Shown: positions 1 through 14,552, counted from the first letter of the stretch. The stretch is DNA of 64,000 nucleotides from Lama glama (GCA_028534125.1 CM052817.1:17362001-17426000); one strand, 5' to 3'. Made by a program: numbers and translations. Notes: generated from the letters alone by a model not told the origin.

Positions 1-688
1 CTTTATAATCTGGCCTCCAAATCGGTGGTGAGATATGCAAACAGATGGTGCCACACAGCTCCCTCCTGACCCAACCAGCTGAGCAAGCTCATGAAGATAA
101 GTTATTACAAGGAAGCTTAGCAAGAACATACGCTTAGTAAAGTGACACAAGATCTTTCTACAGCCAGCAGCATGGGAAGATTTAAATCACTCTGCTAAAT
201 CCATCCAGTCTGAGGTGAACCAGGAACCATTTTCAGCATCTTCAATTCAGCAGAAGGAAAAAAATATATATCTGGATTTTGCTGAAATCAATGGAGGAGA
301 TCACAAGCTGTGAGATTTCAAGCAGTTCATTCAATCTTCCAAGACAGAACAGGTAAAGCAAAGGCTGCAATCTGGCTGGGCTGTGGCTGGCTGCACATGC
401 CACCTTGCAAAGCCTCAGGCTCCAACACCTGCCTCCCCTACTTGGGTCATTCCTGGAACCAACGTATGAAATCTGAGGCAAATTGAGGATTGCTAAGTGC
501 AAGAATAATTTCAGAGAACTTTGAGGTTTTCGGGTCCACAAATTCTGCCTAAGCTGAGTAGATCTCAACATTTTCCTGAAGCATATTACAAAAGGAGGTC
601 CTCCTAACTGGCTCCAGTAGTCTGCTCTAGTCCTTGGATAAAAAGTGAGCCTACCATCCCACCGACCCCCTTCACCGGCCCCTGCTTA

Positions 689-841
<153 letters not shown>

Positions 842-934
842 TTAATTATTTTCAGAAAAACACTGCTTCCAACATCACATTCTTCCTGGAAACCTCTGCC
901 TAGCTCCTATCACATATTTAAATGAGATAGTCTG

Positions 935-1180
935 AAAATATGAGCACACTGAATATACGCCCAGCGTCCGAGAAGCACTTTACAGAGCTATCTCAATTAG
1001 TGTTCATAGCAACCCTATAAAGGAGATTCTATTATTAGTCCCATTCTACAGATGAAAAGCCCAAGGCATAGAGAAGTAAAATAACTTGCCTGAGGTCACA
1101 GAGCTAATAAGTTGTGGAACCAAATTTCAAATTTTCAGCTCTGGTTCTATGTGCTTAACCATTTTACATATACTGCCCTT
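935..1180 (-). mobile_element. MIR SINE fragment
   Basis: MIR core 'cccattctacagatgaaaagcccaaggcatagagaagtaaaataacttgcctgaggtcacagagc'. Confidence 0.8.
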
Positions 1181-1449
1181 CTAATGCTAAGAAAAGCATT
1201 TTGAATTTGTGTAGTGATAGTAAAAGATAACACTTCAGTAACACTCACTATGGTCCACAGTGCTATAAACATAAAATTCATGTAATCCTCATTAGTATCC
1301 TCAATCTACAGATGACGAAATGGACGCACTGCTGCCAAAATAGTAACTAACATTTATGTAACCCTTCGAATATGGCAAGCAACATGCTAAGTACATTTCA
1401 GGAATAATCGCACTTAATTTCACTACTAAAGAAATAGACTCTAACGGGT

Positions 1450-2345
1450 TTTTTTGCGTTCTTTTTTATTGAAGTATAGTCAGTTTACAACATTGTGTCA
1501 GTTTCTGGTCTACAGCATAATGTTTCTGACATACATATACATACATATATTCCTTTCCATATTCTTTTTCATTATAGGTTACTACAAGATATTGAATATA
1601 GTTCCCTGTGCTGTAAAAAGAAATGTTGTTTATCTATTTCATATGTAATAGTCAGCATCTGCAAATCTCAAACTCCCAATTTATCCCTTCCCACCCTCTT
1701 TCCTTCCAGTAACCATAAGTTTGTTTTCTATGTCTATGAGTCTGTTTCTGTTTTGTAAACAAGTTCATTTTTTTTTAGGATTCAACATATAAGCAGTATA
1801 ATATGGTATTTTTCTTTCTCTTTCTGGCTTACTTCACTTAGAATGATGATCTCCAGGTCCATCCATATTGCTGCAAATGGGATTATTTTTATTCTTTTTA
1901 TGGCTGAATAGTATTCCACTGTATAGATATACCACATCTTCTTCATCTAGTCATCTGTCAATGGACATTTAGGTTGTTTCCATGTCTTGGCTTTTGTAAA
2001 TAGTTCTGTTGTGAACATTAGGGTGCAGGTATCTTTTTGAATTATATTTTCTCCAGACATATGCTCAGGAGTAGGGTTGCTGGATCATTTGGTAAGTATA
2101 TTTTTAGTTTTTTAAGGAACCTCCATACTGTTTTCCATAGTAGCTGCACCAATTTACATTCCCACCAACAGTGTAGGAGGGTTCTTTTTTCTCCACACCC
2201 TTTCTAGCATTTACTATTTGTAGACTTCTGAATGATGGACATTCTGACTGGTGTGAGGTGATACCTCATTGTAGTTTTGATTTGCATTTCTCTAATAATT
2301 AGTGATGTTGAGCATCTTTTCATGTGACTGTTGGCCATCTGGATG
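1450..2345 (-). mobile_element. 5'-truncated LINE-1 (3' UTR plus end of ORF2), inserted into a MIR
   Basis: Poly-T followed by 'attgaagtatagtcagtttacaa', with L1 motifs 'gtagctgcaccaatttacattcccaccaacagtgtaggagggtt' and 'gtgtgaggtgatacctcattgtagttttgatttgcatt'. MIR sequence lies on both sides. Confidence 0.92.
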
Positions 2346-5289
2346 AAAACAGATCCTATTATATCCCCAATTAACAGATGAAAAAACTAAGCCTTAGAGA
2401 GGGTGAAATAATGAGAGGGATTCAAACTTGAGCAGTCTGGTTTCAGGATCCATGAACTTAAAATTACATAGTTTTTTTCATTTTCTATGCAAACTTTCCA
2501 CATAAACTCAACATGTTACCCTGTGCAAATATTACTAACCATGCCTCTTAAAATTAGGAAGGCTTCCATTTTACTTTGCAAATGTGGAAGAATTTTGTGG
2601 CTCCAGAAAAGAGAAGTGTCCATAACAAATTTTAAAGGGAAAGCTGAGTTATTTCATCTATTTTTAATTCCTCCAAGGCTAATACAGATTTTTTTTTATT
2701 TCCAATACCCCTACCCTACTTCAAAGAAAAAATAATTCACCAAAAACAACCTAGAAATAAAGATCACTTTTCTCTTTCTCAAAATGATTTTTGGTTTAAA
2801 TATTCAGAATTAAATGGTGGAAACAATCTATCTTCCTGAGCTTCATAGAGAGGGAAGAGCTGACTTCTGTGCAAGTTACCAAATACCAATATTGGCAAAA
2901 ATTATAGGAGCCTCAGCCTGGGATATTGGACATCCCAGCTCTCATATCTCAATGGGGAAAAGATGTATTATATAAAGAGGTACTTCTGGTTTATTATAAC
3001 TTGGAAATCATAAGATTAACATTTTCATAGTCTCAGAGATGCATTTGGAAACCCAAAAGGGTGGAGTTATCAATTCCAACAGAAAAACTTCACATCTTTT
3101 TTTTCTTTGCAATTTGAGCTCAACCTGGGCACACTGGACTTGCTGGTCAGTTATGGGAGCAGGGAGATGGAATTAGAAATGGAAATACTGCAAGGGTGTC
3201 TTCAGAATCCAAGGAAAAAATTTCACCAAGAGGTTGATATCAGCCCAACTCCGGTTGGCTTCCACCGTGTTGAGCAAAACATAAGCGACCAGATGGTCAC
3301 ATTAGCCCCCTGGGACGCCTTCTGCTAGTGATTGCTGTTGAGTTATCTAGTATATAGCAGAAACATTTATCAACATGAGGGCAATTTGATTCTGCCTAAC
3401 CTGACTCCAGTAAAAGGTGGCTTCATAAGGAAGGTTTCCAAAGTGAAGGGAGTTAAAAGTGAATGTTGATGAGCCTTTCCTTTATCCAGGGATCAAAGTA
3501 AAGCTGGTTGAATAGGAGAACTTGCAGCAAAAGACTGTGGAGGGAAAATCTAAGACCTAAAGATCTAAAATAATTTTACAAAAACATGTATCTTTTGTAT
3601 CCCATCAAACCAAAGTGATGGTGGTTTTCTTGTAAAGACTGTAGCTTTAATAGTTCTATGATTTGGAGTTCTATTCATTTTCCCTCAGTTTAATACTGTC
3701 TTCCCATTTAACTAGAAATAATTAATAAGGATGAAATTTTGGAGCAGGAAAGGACTTTCGAATTCATCTAGCCCAAGAGAACATTTTCTAGTAACTGATG
3801 GACTGCTTGGAGCGCCATCACTCTTAAGTGATGGTTGTCCTAGGCACTAGAATGGGGAGTAATAGTACCAGTGCCATTCCCCATTAACGAATTTATAGGG
3901 AGGAAAACTTAGGTTAAAGAGGTTAAGTGGCTTGCCCAATTTTCTCTAAAAATGTAAGTTCCAAGACAGCAAGGACTTTATTTCATTCATTATTACATCC
4001 CCAGACCCAGAACAGTGGTCAACACTTGGTAGAGGCTCCATAAATATTTAGGGAGTAAATGAATAAATCAGTCAAATGAACAAATGAACATAAGTGTAGC
4101 CAAGTCAGGATTTGAGTGTGTCTCTCTTTCTCCCAACACATTCCATAATTTTATAATGTGCCCCACGCTGCCCAAGCCAAATAATTAATAGTTTCTCTTC
4201 ATTCAGATCCTTCCCCCAAATCCATTTCTCTGGCTAATCTTAAATGAAGAAGTTAGGTAGAGAAAAGTGATCCTTATGGCATAAACCCAAAATGCCAGTT
4301 TGGAATCCCTTGGCCATTGTGCTTGTTTTATTTTCTCAAATTTTATAGCAAGAAGAGGCATTAAATACAACCTAGTGCAAACTCCTTCATTTGGAGACAA
4401 GAAAAGTGTCAGTGTCTTGTTGAAGGTTGTATAGCTAATAAGAGATCCAGGTATGACTCAAACCTGGTGTTCCACTGCAAACCAATGGGCTTTTTCTTAA
4501 ACCATAGCACATCTCACAAGTCCTCCCAGAGAGAACTAGGCATGATGTTCAGCTGGCATGCCCCTGTGTGCCTGCACTGGTTATCAAAATACTGAAATAC
4601 ATCCATATGGGTTAGATGACTGGTGTTGCCTTGAACATCCAAGGCCCCCATCCACTACCCACCCTGGCTTCTCCTTCAGAGTAGAGTTTGGCACAGCAAG
4701 GATCTCCAGTACCATCCTGCTTCAGCACCAGGGCCAGCACCTGGGAGAGACTGGGGCCCCCACCTCAAACTATCTGTTAAGTATTTTGAATATCACCCTG
4801 AGTGGGGTGGCTGCGGGGACGTTCTCCGGTTCAGCAGAGTGATCAGAGTCCTGACATGGATCCTGGCTCTGGGGAGCATCCCGTGTTCATGTGCCAAAGC
4901 CCTATTCAGGATGAGCTTCAAATACACCACAATGATGCAGCTGAGGCCCTCAGTCCCTTAGTGGAGAAATTACAGATAGTCTTGAGGCAAGAAGTAACTG
5001 TGGCTAACAGTTTGTAAGGGGAACCTGGAAGAAAAGGAGCTAAGATTTTCCAAAGCAGAGAAGTTAGGATGCTGATAACTCAGTCTGCTTTCCAAACACA
5101 GGACACTAAACAGGCAGTGGCGATCGGGAGTTTTATTTTCCTTAAAGCCAAAGCCTGAGAACACAAACTCTATTTTCTAGCAAGTATGATTTAGGTCAGA
5201 ACTTCCCCTGCCCCCCCACCAAGGGGTACTAGACAGTGAAGTGAGTGACTAAGGAAGTCTGTAAAATATTCAACACCAGGAGTCATAAG

Positions 5290-5770
5290 AATAAATAAAT
5301 TCCACTCCCAGTAATTTATCATCCAAACATATTTATTTTGTGCACAAAGATACATGTCCAGGGATGTTTGGTAAACCTTGTTGTTAATAGTAAAAGACTA
5401 GAAATGACCTGCATGACCATCAGCAGAGGCAGGTTACATAAATTATAAACTGTCAGGCAATGCAATACTGAGGAACTATCAAAGAGAAGGGGGCTGTGTA
5501 GCATGGACTGCCGTAGAAAAAATATCTCTGCTGTGTTGTTGATGAGCACAGGGCAGAGTCTATGGTATCCTCCTCCATGTGTATGAAAAGAAGGGGCTAC
5601 CAGTTTAAAGCCTACATGAGCAGAGAGCATCTCTGGAAGGGGACACAGACACTGGTGTTACTGAGTTTGCCTCTAGAAATAGGACCAGAGGAGTGGGTGG
5701 GTGGGAATTTACTCCTCCCCCAAACCCTTTTACACTCTGATTTTTTTACCGGGCACCAGGTATTACTTTT
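5290..5770 (+). mobile_element. Old L1M (L1ME-like) 3' fragment
   Basis: Degenerate L1 3' motifs 'aattccactcccagtaatttatc' and 'ctagaaatgacctgcatgaccatcagcagagg'. Confidence 0.6.
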
Positions 5771-7124
5771 TTGGCTGCAGTGGAAGAGAACACCATCTCT
5801 GAGCATTTTCGTGCAGGCGGGGAGAAGGAGCCAGCCACATTCAGAGGCCTCCCCGCCCTGGACACTGTGGGGCGGTTCAATCCACTTCAAAGAGCAAAGT
5901 CCAGTGGGTGAGGAAAACAGGGTGATTCATGTCGGTAAAAATTCAACTTAGAAAAAAGCATATTCCTTCTAATTTAGAACCTGGGTTAGGACTGCATTAG
6001 CATTTTTCAGAGAGGCGGCATAGCCAAGTTGAAAGAATCAGGAACTGGATTCCATTAAACAAGTTCCCTGAGCCTCAGTTTTCCCCTCCGTAAAGAGAGG
6101 AGGAGGATCCTGTCCTTCCCATGGGACTGTTAAGAGGATTAAAGGAGACACTGTGCATGGGAAAAGTGGTTTGAAAATCATAAAGGGCAATGCAGCTGCT
6201 AGGCATTAATTAGTGGTATTACTAAAAATTCAGACTACTGTGATTAACTGGTGGGAAAAAAAAGAACTGCCTCTTTTTTTTTTTCCCTGAAAGTGTCAAA
6301 TGTATAGTTCTTAAAATTACAAAAAGTATCATTATGCCATTGACTTGAATTGTCCCACTGAATAAACTGAGACTTTTCACAGAGGCAGGTAAAGTCTGGC
6401 TCCAACATGTGACTTAATCTTTGATTTTGTTGTAACGGAATTTTGTTATAAGAAATCCCACTTCCAATCCATTGGGTCTGAAGATGAGAATGAATTTTTA
6501 GTGGAAGGAAAAGAGAGTGGAAAAGAAGGAAACTGCCATGTTCCACAGTTTCTGACCTAAGAGGGTAGGTCAGGAAAACGTTCATAGTGGTAGGACAGAA
6601 CACTTACTACACCTTAGCGTGACATTTGAGACCCTCCGAAGTGTGGCCTCCAACCTGCCTTTCCAGTCTGCTCTCCTGAATTGCCCATCTCACACCAGAG
6701 ACTCTACCTGAACAAATAATCTCTCAGGTGCTGCTACTGCTGCCTGCAGCAGACACTGTGCATCAACCCGCCGGGCGCCCCGGCTGCCTAAGCACAGACC
6801 CGGCCTCCGAGCCCTTCTCACACTCTGCTCAAGGTGGTCATTCCTGATCCCTCTGAGCTGGCGTGCAAGATGAAACGCATCTGCCAACCCTCACACCAAG
6901 GGACGCAGACTCGTCCCCACTCCCCCATCAGTCTGTATCTCCTCCCCTTTGCCTGGATGTCCTTCCTCCGTTCCTTTATCTGACTCCGAAAACCTGACTC
7001 ATCCTTCAAGGTTCTGTCCAAATGTCACCTCTTCTGTGAAGAACCCTAGCAAAGCAGACTGCTCAGTAACTTTTTCCAATTAATAAGTGACTTAAATAAA
7101 TAAATAACTTCATGACATCACCCG

Positions 7125-7370
7125 GCAGTACAGCTTAATGCTTAGGTGTGGTGTGTAGGGGCCAAAATACCTGGGTTCAAGTCCCAGCTCCATCATTAGC
7201 TGTGTGACCTCAGACAAGTTACTCTACCTCTCTGAGTCAGTTTCCTCCACTGTAAATAACGACAGTAGAGCACTGGGCAGATTAAATTAGATGTCGCATA
7301 AAGTGCTTAGCACAGTTCCTGGCACGTAGCAAGTGTTCAGTAAGGGAAAGTGGTTGATACTATTGGTAGC
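7125..7370 (+). mobile_element. MIR SINE (within L2-derived sequence)
   Basis: 'cctgggttcaagtcccagctccatcattagctgtgtgacctcagacaagttac...gtgcttagcacagttcctggcacgtag'. Confidence 0.8.
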
Positions 7371-8039
7371 TGTGTTTACCTCCCATATAACCACCTTAAA
7401 GAGAGGGAACCATGTCTGCATCTTTGAGCCTCCAGACTTGGTACAGAAATTGGTACATGATAGGTGTTCAATCAGTTTTTACTGAACTGAACATGATACA
7501 CATCATAAGGGGTGGTGGGTATCAACAGAGAATGGCTGGGTAGGAAGTTAATTTCTGATGTGGGAATCCAAAAAAAGAAAAAAAGAGAGAAGAAAAGAAA
7601 AAAAGCTTGTGGGGAAGGAGTGGAAATTGGAGGGGGCTACTGAAATATGAGACTGATTTTGCCGGGAAAACATGAAAGGAGGCAGTGGGGGAGGAGTGTT
7701 GGGGAGGAGCAGGGAGCCAGGGAAAATAGCTGCTGGTAAAAGGGGCTGCTTTAGCCAAAGCACAGGGGAGGGGGAATCACAGACTCAAGCTAGAGGGCAG
7801 GTGCAGGGCAAGGGTGAACTCAGGTGTGGCTGTAAAGGAGGATCACCACAGCTTCACCAGCACAGTCCTAACAGGCTCCACTTGGAAGCCTGAGTATGTG
7901 CGGGCCCCGAGGAGGGCACACAGCCGCCCCCCAGCCCCACATGCTCCCCACTGTAGCCATGAGAGGATGTTGTCACAGTGTGATGGTCACACACAAGCTA
8001 AGAAAGAAAGGGTCCTTGCCTCTTGACTAAAAGCGTACA

Positions 8040-8750
8040 TCACTCAATCAACAAACAGTTACCACGAGCCTGCTGTGTGCAGGGTACCATGTTGGGCACT
8101 GGAACCAGACAGACCAGGATCCTGACATTATGGAGTGTATTCTAGTATGGAGACACTCAATAGGAATAAGCCGTTAAATATATGTAATTACAAGGTCCGG
8201 GTGTGCTAAGGCTATGAGGAAATAAAAGGTGGATACGGATGGGGCGGGAGCAGCAGGGGTGGGGCTGCTGTCTTAGATAAGGTGGTCAAGGAAGCTGCCT
8301 CCAATAAGACGACATTCATGCAAAGGTAAGAATGATCTAAAAGAGCAAGCCACGTAGTCATCTGTCAAAGGAGCATCTTAGAGGACAATAAAGCAAATAT
8401 CCCAAAGTGGGAATGAAACTGGTACATTCATGAGACACAAGCAGAAACAGGAGGGCAAGGGGAAGCGCGGCAGGAGATGAGGCCGGCAAGGGGACGGGGA
8501 CAGATTCCACAGGCCGCACTAAGGGCCGTGGCTGACCCCTCCTAATGTGATGGGAGCAGGCACCTGCAGGGGGTGCTGCGACCTGCTTGCACGGACTGCT
8601 GTGTGGGGAACGAGGGTAAAGCCGGAAGACCATTTGCAGGCTAGGGCTGGAGTCCAGAGGGACAATGGTGGCTTTGCCTAGGATGCCAGCAATATACGTG
8701 GTGAGTAGTGATTGAATATGCGGTATGGGCTGAAGATGAAGGCAGCTGGG
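8040..8750 (-). mobile_element. L2 LINE 3' fragment
   Basis: 'cactcaatcaacaaacagttaccacgagcctgctgtgtgcaggg' L2 tail and 'ttagataaggtggtcaaggaagctgcctc'. Confidence 0.7.
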
Positions 8751-10289
8751 CTAGCTGCCTTCTCACAATAGGACGTACATCCAGGTGCGTCCTACAGCCA
8801 CCGGCCTGTGTGGTTGATTTCTTTCTCTGGGTGAGCTCATGCGTGAGTCAGGCACATGTGTGACTGGTGAGGGACAGCAGCTACCGCCCAGTACCTCCCC
8901 CAAGGGAACAATGAGCGGACCGCAGACACAGTGTCCCTAGCCACTGATGACCCACAAGCCCAGAATAAAGCAGGAACAGGTGCATTGGAAGGGCACGTGT
9001 CTGAACCATGGCATACACGTGTCCTGAAAGGCTGCCGGCTTCTGATCTGGGGTAGGTTTACTCAGCAGGGCCAGACAGAAGTCAGCGGCACCTCCACCGA
9101 AAATCAGATCACTGCATGGTCTTGGCAAAGGAGGTAAGCGGCAGCGTGTCTGGACACACACAGCTCTGGCCCCAGGAGCCTAACCTCAGGCTTTGGTGGA
9201 GGGGCACTCCATCCACGCTCACGGAACATCGGCGCACGGGGACTTGGCTCTCTCTCTTTATAAGAAAAAAGGAAATGCGAGCAAGTCAGGGGGTACTTAG
9301 TTCAGACGCAGAGCGCTCGCAGGATACAGGGCACTTGACACAGAAAAGGTCCCCCCTACACTCTGCACCCCCCACTGGAGCTGGCTGCAGACTGTGCGGA
9401 GGCCAGGCATAAAAGCTCCCCTGTGGTGCCCTAATGCCACCGTGTTGTTCTGACTGACTCTGGTTCTTCAAGAGCTGAATAAAGAAGCCCCTGCTGGGAA
9501 CAAGCCAGAGGCCGGGCCCCCTTCCCTTGCACAGCCCGTATCAAGAACAAAGGTCGCAGACACTTTGCAGGGCTGTTGCAGAGGCTCTTTTGATTTGTCT
9601 TTTTCAGAGAAGGAGAGGAAGTGCTCCCCTTTTTTTGGGTGAACAAATCACAGCCCTGCGAGCAGCTGGTTTCGAGGGTAGCCGAAGCCCCCTCCCCGCT
9701 ACTTCCAGTGACTCTGACTCTTAGAAAAGGTGTTCCTCTGCGTTATGCCTCTATTAGACTGGTTCTCACCCCAAAAGTAAAAGTCTGAAGGAGGTGGGGA
9801 GAAAAAAAATCCCACTGTGCTGTTCCCGAGCCCTGTGAATATGGGAAGGAACAACAAAAGGAAGAAAAGACGTTTCACATTTTAAAGGCCTCTTCGGGCG
9901 CCCTAAGAACTCGGCTGGTTCGTAAATGACTTCATTTGAAAACTTCCAGCTTGCAATTCAGTCATTCTTCAGTGAGAAATATGTGATTTGCCAAACATGA
10001 AATGGAATCATTAAGCCCTGACAAAACCAATCGGAGGCAAGGCAAAACTGTGGCTGCGTGTGCCCCGTGCTTCCTTCTCCTTAACAAGTGAGGTATCCCT
10101 GCGGAAGGCATTCCAGAAGGATGCTAGCATGGGGTTCTGCCTGGAAGAGGGCTGCACGCTGATCACCACGACACCTGCAGCGCGACGATTCCAGACGTTT
10201 CGTTGCCCACCCCACCCTCCCCTCAACACACACACAGAAAGGGGATTTGTCTTCTGCTAGGTATCTCTGTTTTTAAAGCACTGCACCAA

Positions 10290-10575
10290 CACTAGATAAA
10301 CCAGACACAGAGCAGGGCTATTAAAAAATGTAGGATAAAATTGTACAGAACTATGCACACACACGAAAGTGCATGTAAAAACAGGTGTAATCTGAATAAG
10401 GTCTGCAGTCTAGTTAACAGTATCAGACTAACATCAGTTTCCTGGTTTTGATATTGTACTTTAGTTATGGAAGATGTCACAATTAGGGGAAGCTGGGGGA
10501 AGGATGTAGGGAACTCTCTCCCATTTTTGCAACTTCCTGCAAATCTATAATTATTTCATAATGAAGTTTTTTTTT
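10290..10575 (+). mobile_element. L1MC-type 3' end
   Basis: 'tttcctggttttgatattgtactttagttatggaagatgtcacaattaggggaagctggg...tttttgcaacttcctg'. Confidence 0.75.
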
Positions 10576-10894
10576 TTAATGCCACATGTATTGGTTCTAT
10601 GGCAAGTGGCCTCTGACTAACAATAACACGGGGTTGCTCTGGCCCTTTCAGTTTCCATTATATGTAGGGTGGTTTGGGGGTGGCCCCAGGAAATCCTCAC
10701 TGCCATTGTTTTCACTGTGTCCTGAAGTCAGCTTGCTCCAAACCAGTCCTCTTGGAGACAAGGAGGTGTCAGGCACGTCCCATAGAAGGGTCTGCTGTCA
10801 CAGGCCTGTGGATTTCCTCCACCCACCAAGTCTACCTGGGGGTTTCAGCCCCTGCAACTCTAGATCCGAGTCCCACCAGCTCTACTCCTGTTCC

Positions 10895-11085
10895 ATAGGG
10901 TCTCAGCTTTAAGATACATCAGAGTCTTGGGAATGTATTTTAAATGCTGGTTCCAGGGCCCTGCACCCCACAGATCCTGGCTGAGGAGGTAATGGATGAG
11001 GCCTGGGCATTTGCATTTGCAGCAAGAGCCCCAGGTGATTCTGTTGCAGGTGGTCCTAGGGTCTCACTTTAGGAAATGCTGCCCA
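10895..11085. mobile_element. MER5A-like hAT-Charlie element
   Basis: 'ctgggcatttgcatttgcagcaagagccccaggtgattctgttgcagg...cactttaggaaatgctg'. Confidence 0.7.
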
Positions 11086-11344
11086 GACTCCAGGTGAGCT
11101 CCTGGGAGCATGCCTGGGTAGGCTCTGCAGGATGGGGAGAGGAGATGGCAGGTGCTCAGATTCCACCTAGCAAGATGCCCCAGGTACCAACAGAGACAAC
11201 TTCAGTCCCCTTCTTCTAAGTGCACAGAGCTAGAGATCTCCAACCCGGGGCTTAAAGAAGGCTGAAAAAGGGCATGGAAACCTCCTCTATTGGGCCTGGG
11301 ACCATGTGACATTTAGGATAAAATACAGAGTTTGCATTCTTTTA

Positions 11345-11560
11345 TCATGATGGCTACTTTTTACTGAGTACTGATTACATGCTAAGCAAATTACATCTCA
11401 TTTAATTCTCTCAATGCTGCCCTGAGAGAATTGTTATTTCTTACCCCCATTTTACAGACAAGGTAACTAAGACTGAAAGTTCCAAAGTTACACAGGCACA
11501 AAGTGGCAGAGCCAGGAGTTGAACCCAGATCAACTTGGCTGCAAAGCCAATGCTGCACTA
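11345..11560 (-). mobile_element. MIR SINE
   Basis: 'cccattttacagacaaggtaactaagactga...gtggcagagccaggagttgaacccag'. Confidence 0.8.
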
Positions 11561-11596
11561 AAACTGACACTTGAGGCTTTTTTGAGGGAGACCAGG

Positions 11597-12073
11597 TATA
11601 ACTGAGCAGGACCCTGTGGAGCCTTCCCGGGACAGACCCTTCCCCCATATCCTCCTCTGTAGCTCCTCTTGGAAGTACCCAGATAATAGCATCTCATGTA
11701 TATCTTCTGAATTTTTTAGATGCTAAAAACCACCACCAAAGGGAAGAAATTACCTACTTGATGATTGAGAGCACGTGGCCGCCAGACCTTCTGGGGCTTA
11801 GGGGTTGATTGTGCTGAACTCCTTGTTACCCCAACATCCCAATCAGAGGATTGTGCATGAGTTGATCACATACCCTGAAACCCACCTCCCTTACCTGGCC
11901 TTTAAATATGCTTTGCTGAAACCCTTCGGGGAATTTGGGGTTTTCCAGATTTTCTTGAACACAAGCCACCCCACCCTCCTTGTTCGGTCCTGCGATAAAC
12001 CCTTCTCTGCTCCAAACTCCGACGTTTCGGTCTGTCTGGCCTCACAGGGCACACGAACCTGCATTCAGTAACA
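11597..12073 (+). mobile_element. Solo ERV (ERV1-like) LTR in SEL1L3 intron 2
   Basis: Termini T(A)TAAC...GTAACA, near-identical 4-bp flanks CAGG/CAGT, TATA-like TTTAAAT at ~11901, and poly(A)-signal-like GATAAA at ~11994 followed by U5-like sequence. Confidence 0.8.
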
Positions 12074-12245
12074 CAGTGGGTGGGGGTGGGGGGAGAGGAG
12101 GAGGACTTTCCAGATCCTTGTTTCAGTGTCATTAACACTCCTTTGCAACGTATAGCAGATCCAAGCCTCTCAGGGTCCTTTGTCCCTGTCTTACCTCCAT
12201 CTTCCATCCTCTTCTCTCCTACTTCCTCTTCTCTGCACCTTTTCA

Positions 12246-12968
<723 letters not shown>

Positions 12969-13784
12969 CTAAAAAGAAAAAAAAAAGAAATAGAGAAAGT
13001 TTTAAATTTATCATATTAACAGATACGTGAATCATTATTTTCCTGGAAGAAAAATATAGCCATTTACATAATGAAATGAATGTGGAAGATAAAAGATGCC
13101 GAAACCACTACTGAACAATTGGAGAAAAACCAGCATACACACAAATGAAGATTAGACCACATTAAACTCTCTCCCCAGACTCAGGAGCATCTGCTGATCA
13201 GAATGTGACTTTCAAAGCTACGTGGCAATCATTCCAGAGTTGGTTTCCAAATGGAGGAGCTGGTTCACGACGAATCCAGCAACAGTGAATCTGCCTTAGG
13301 GTGAAAGAGGCAGCCCATCTCCAGACATATTCAAACTATTGTCCTGACATCAAATGGTGGTCAGATGCAGCCAAATCAAAGGGTAGGAGAAGGGTTCAAA
13401 GTGCACCCGTGAGGAAACGTATCAGGGACGCCAACCCGGCCCCTCTTTCTCCCTAAGTCCTGAGCCAGGACAAGCGTGCATGACAAATGGGCCGGCAGGA
13501 GGTTTCCATTGCTCCAAATCAGACACCGTCAGGCTTGGACCACAGACCGTGTTGTCTGAATCTTTCACCATGGAAGGGGCCACATATGCCAAGAAAGATT
13601 TTAGCTGCCGGTTTAATTATCTAGTTCCTAAAATGACGAAGCCTTCTCAGTGTGGACATTACTTCCAGAAGAAGTCTGGGAAGTTTGGTCACGAAATCAA
13701 GGCAATGTTTTGAGCAGGAGGCACGGATTATGGATGCTAAGAGCTCTTCTAAATGTGACTTTGTGATTTAGGCATCCAAATCAC

Positions 13785-14552
13785 AATAGCAAAAATGTTA
13801 GACCACTTAACACCCATTAAAATGGATATTAGTAGAAAAAATAATTTAGAAAATAAAAAGCATTGGAAAGGATGGAGAGAAACTAGAACCTTGTGCATTG
13901 CTGATGGGAATATAAAATGATGCAGCCACTGGAAAGAAGTACAGCAGTTCCTAAAAAAATCACACACAGAATAACCATATGATCCAGTAATCCCACTTCT
14001 GGGTCTGTACCCAAGCGTTGAAAGCAGGGACTAGAAGAGATATGTTCATAGACTTACAGCCATGTTCACAGCAGCATTACTCATAATAGCTTGAAGGCAG
14101 AAACAACCCAAATGTCCATTGATGGATGAATAGATAAACAAAATGAGGCAGATTACACACAATGGAATATTATTCAGCCTTAAAAAGGAAGGAGATACTG
14201 ACACATGCCATCCTGTGGATGAACTTTGAGGACATTATGCTGAGTGAAATAAGCCCGTCATGAAAGAGTGAATACTGTCTGATTCCACTTATCTGTGGTA
14301 CCCAGAGTAGTCAGATTCACAGAGACGGAAAGTAGATGATGGCTCCCAGGGCCTGGGGGAGGGGGATGGTGCACTGCGGTTTAATGAGTACAGAGTTTCA
14401 GTTCTGCAAGATGAAAGGAGCTCTGGGGATGGATGGTGGTGATGGTTGCACAACAATGTGAATGTACTCAATGGCACTGAATTAGACACTTTAAAATGAC
14501 TAATATGGTAAATTTTATGCTATGAATAGCTTTACCGCAGTTTTAAAGAAAA
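13785..14552 (+). mobile_element. L1MB-type LINE 3' fragment
   Basis: 'ccatatgatccagtaatcccacttctggg', 'caatggaatattattcagccttaaaaaggaagg', 'ggatggtggtgatggttgcacaacaatgtgaatgtact'. Confidence 0.9.

Noticed and set aside
3300..3560. Possible CR1/L3 remnant
   Set aside because: The resemblance is too degenerate to call without a profile search.
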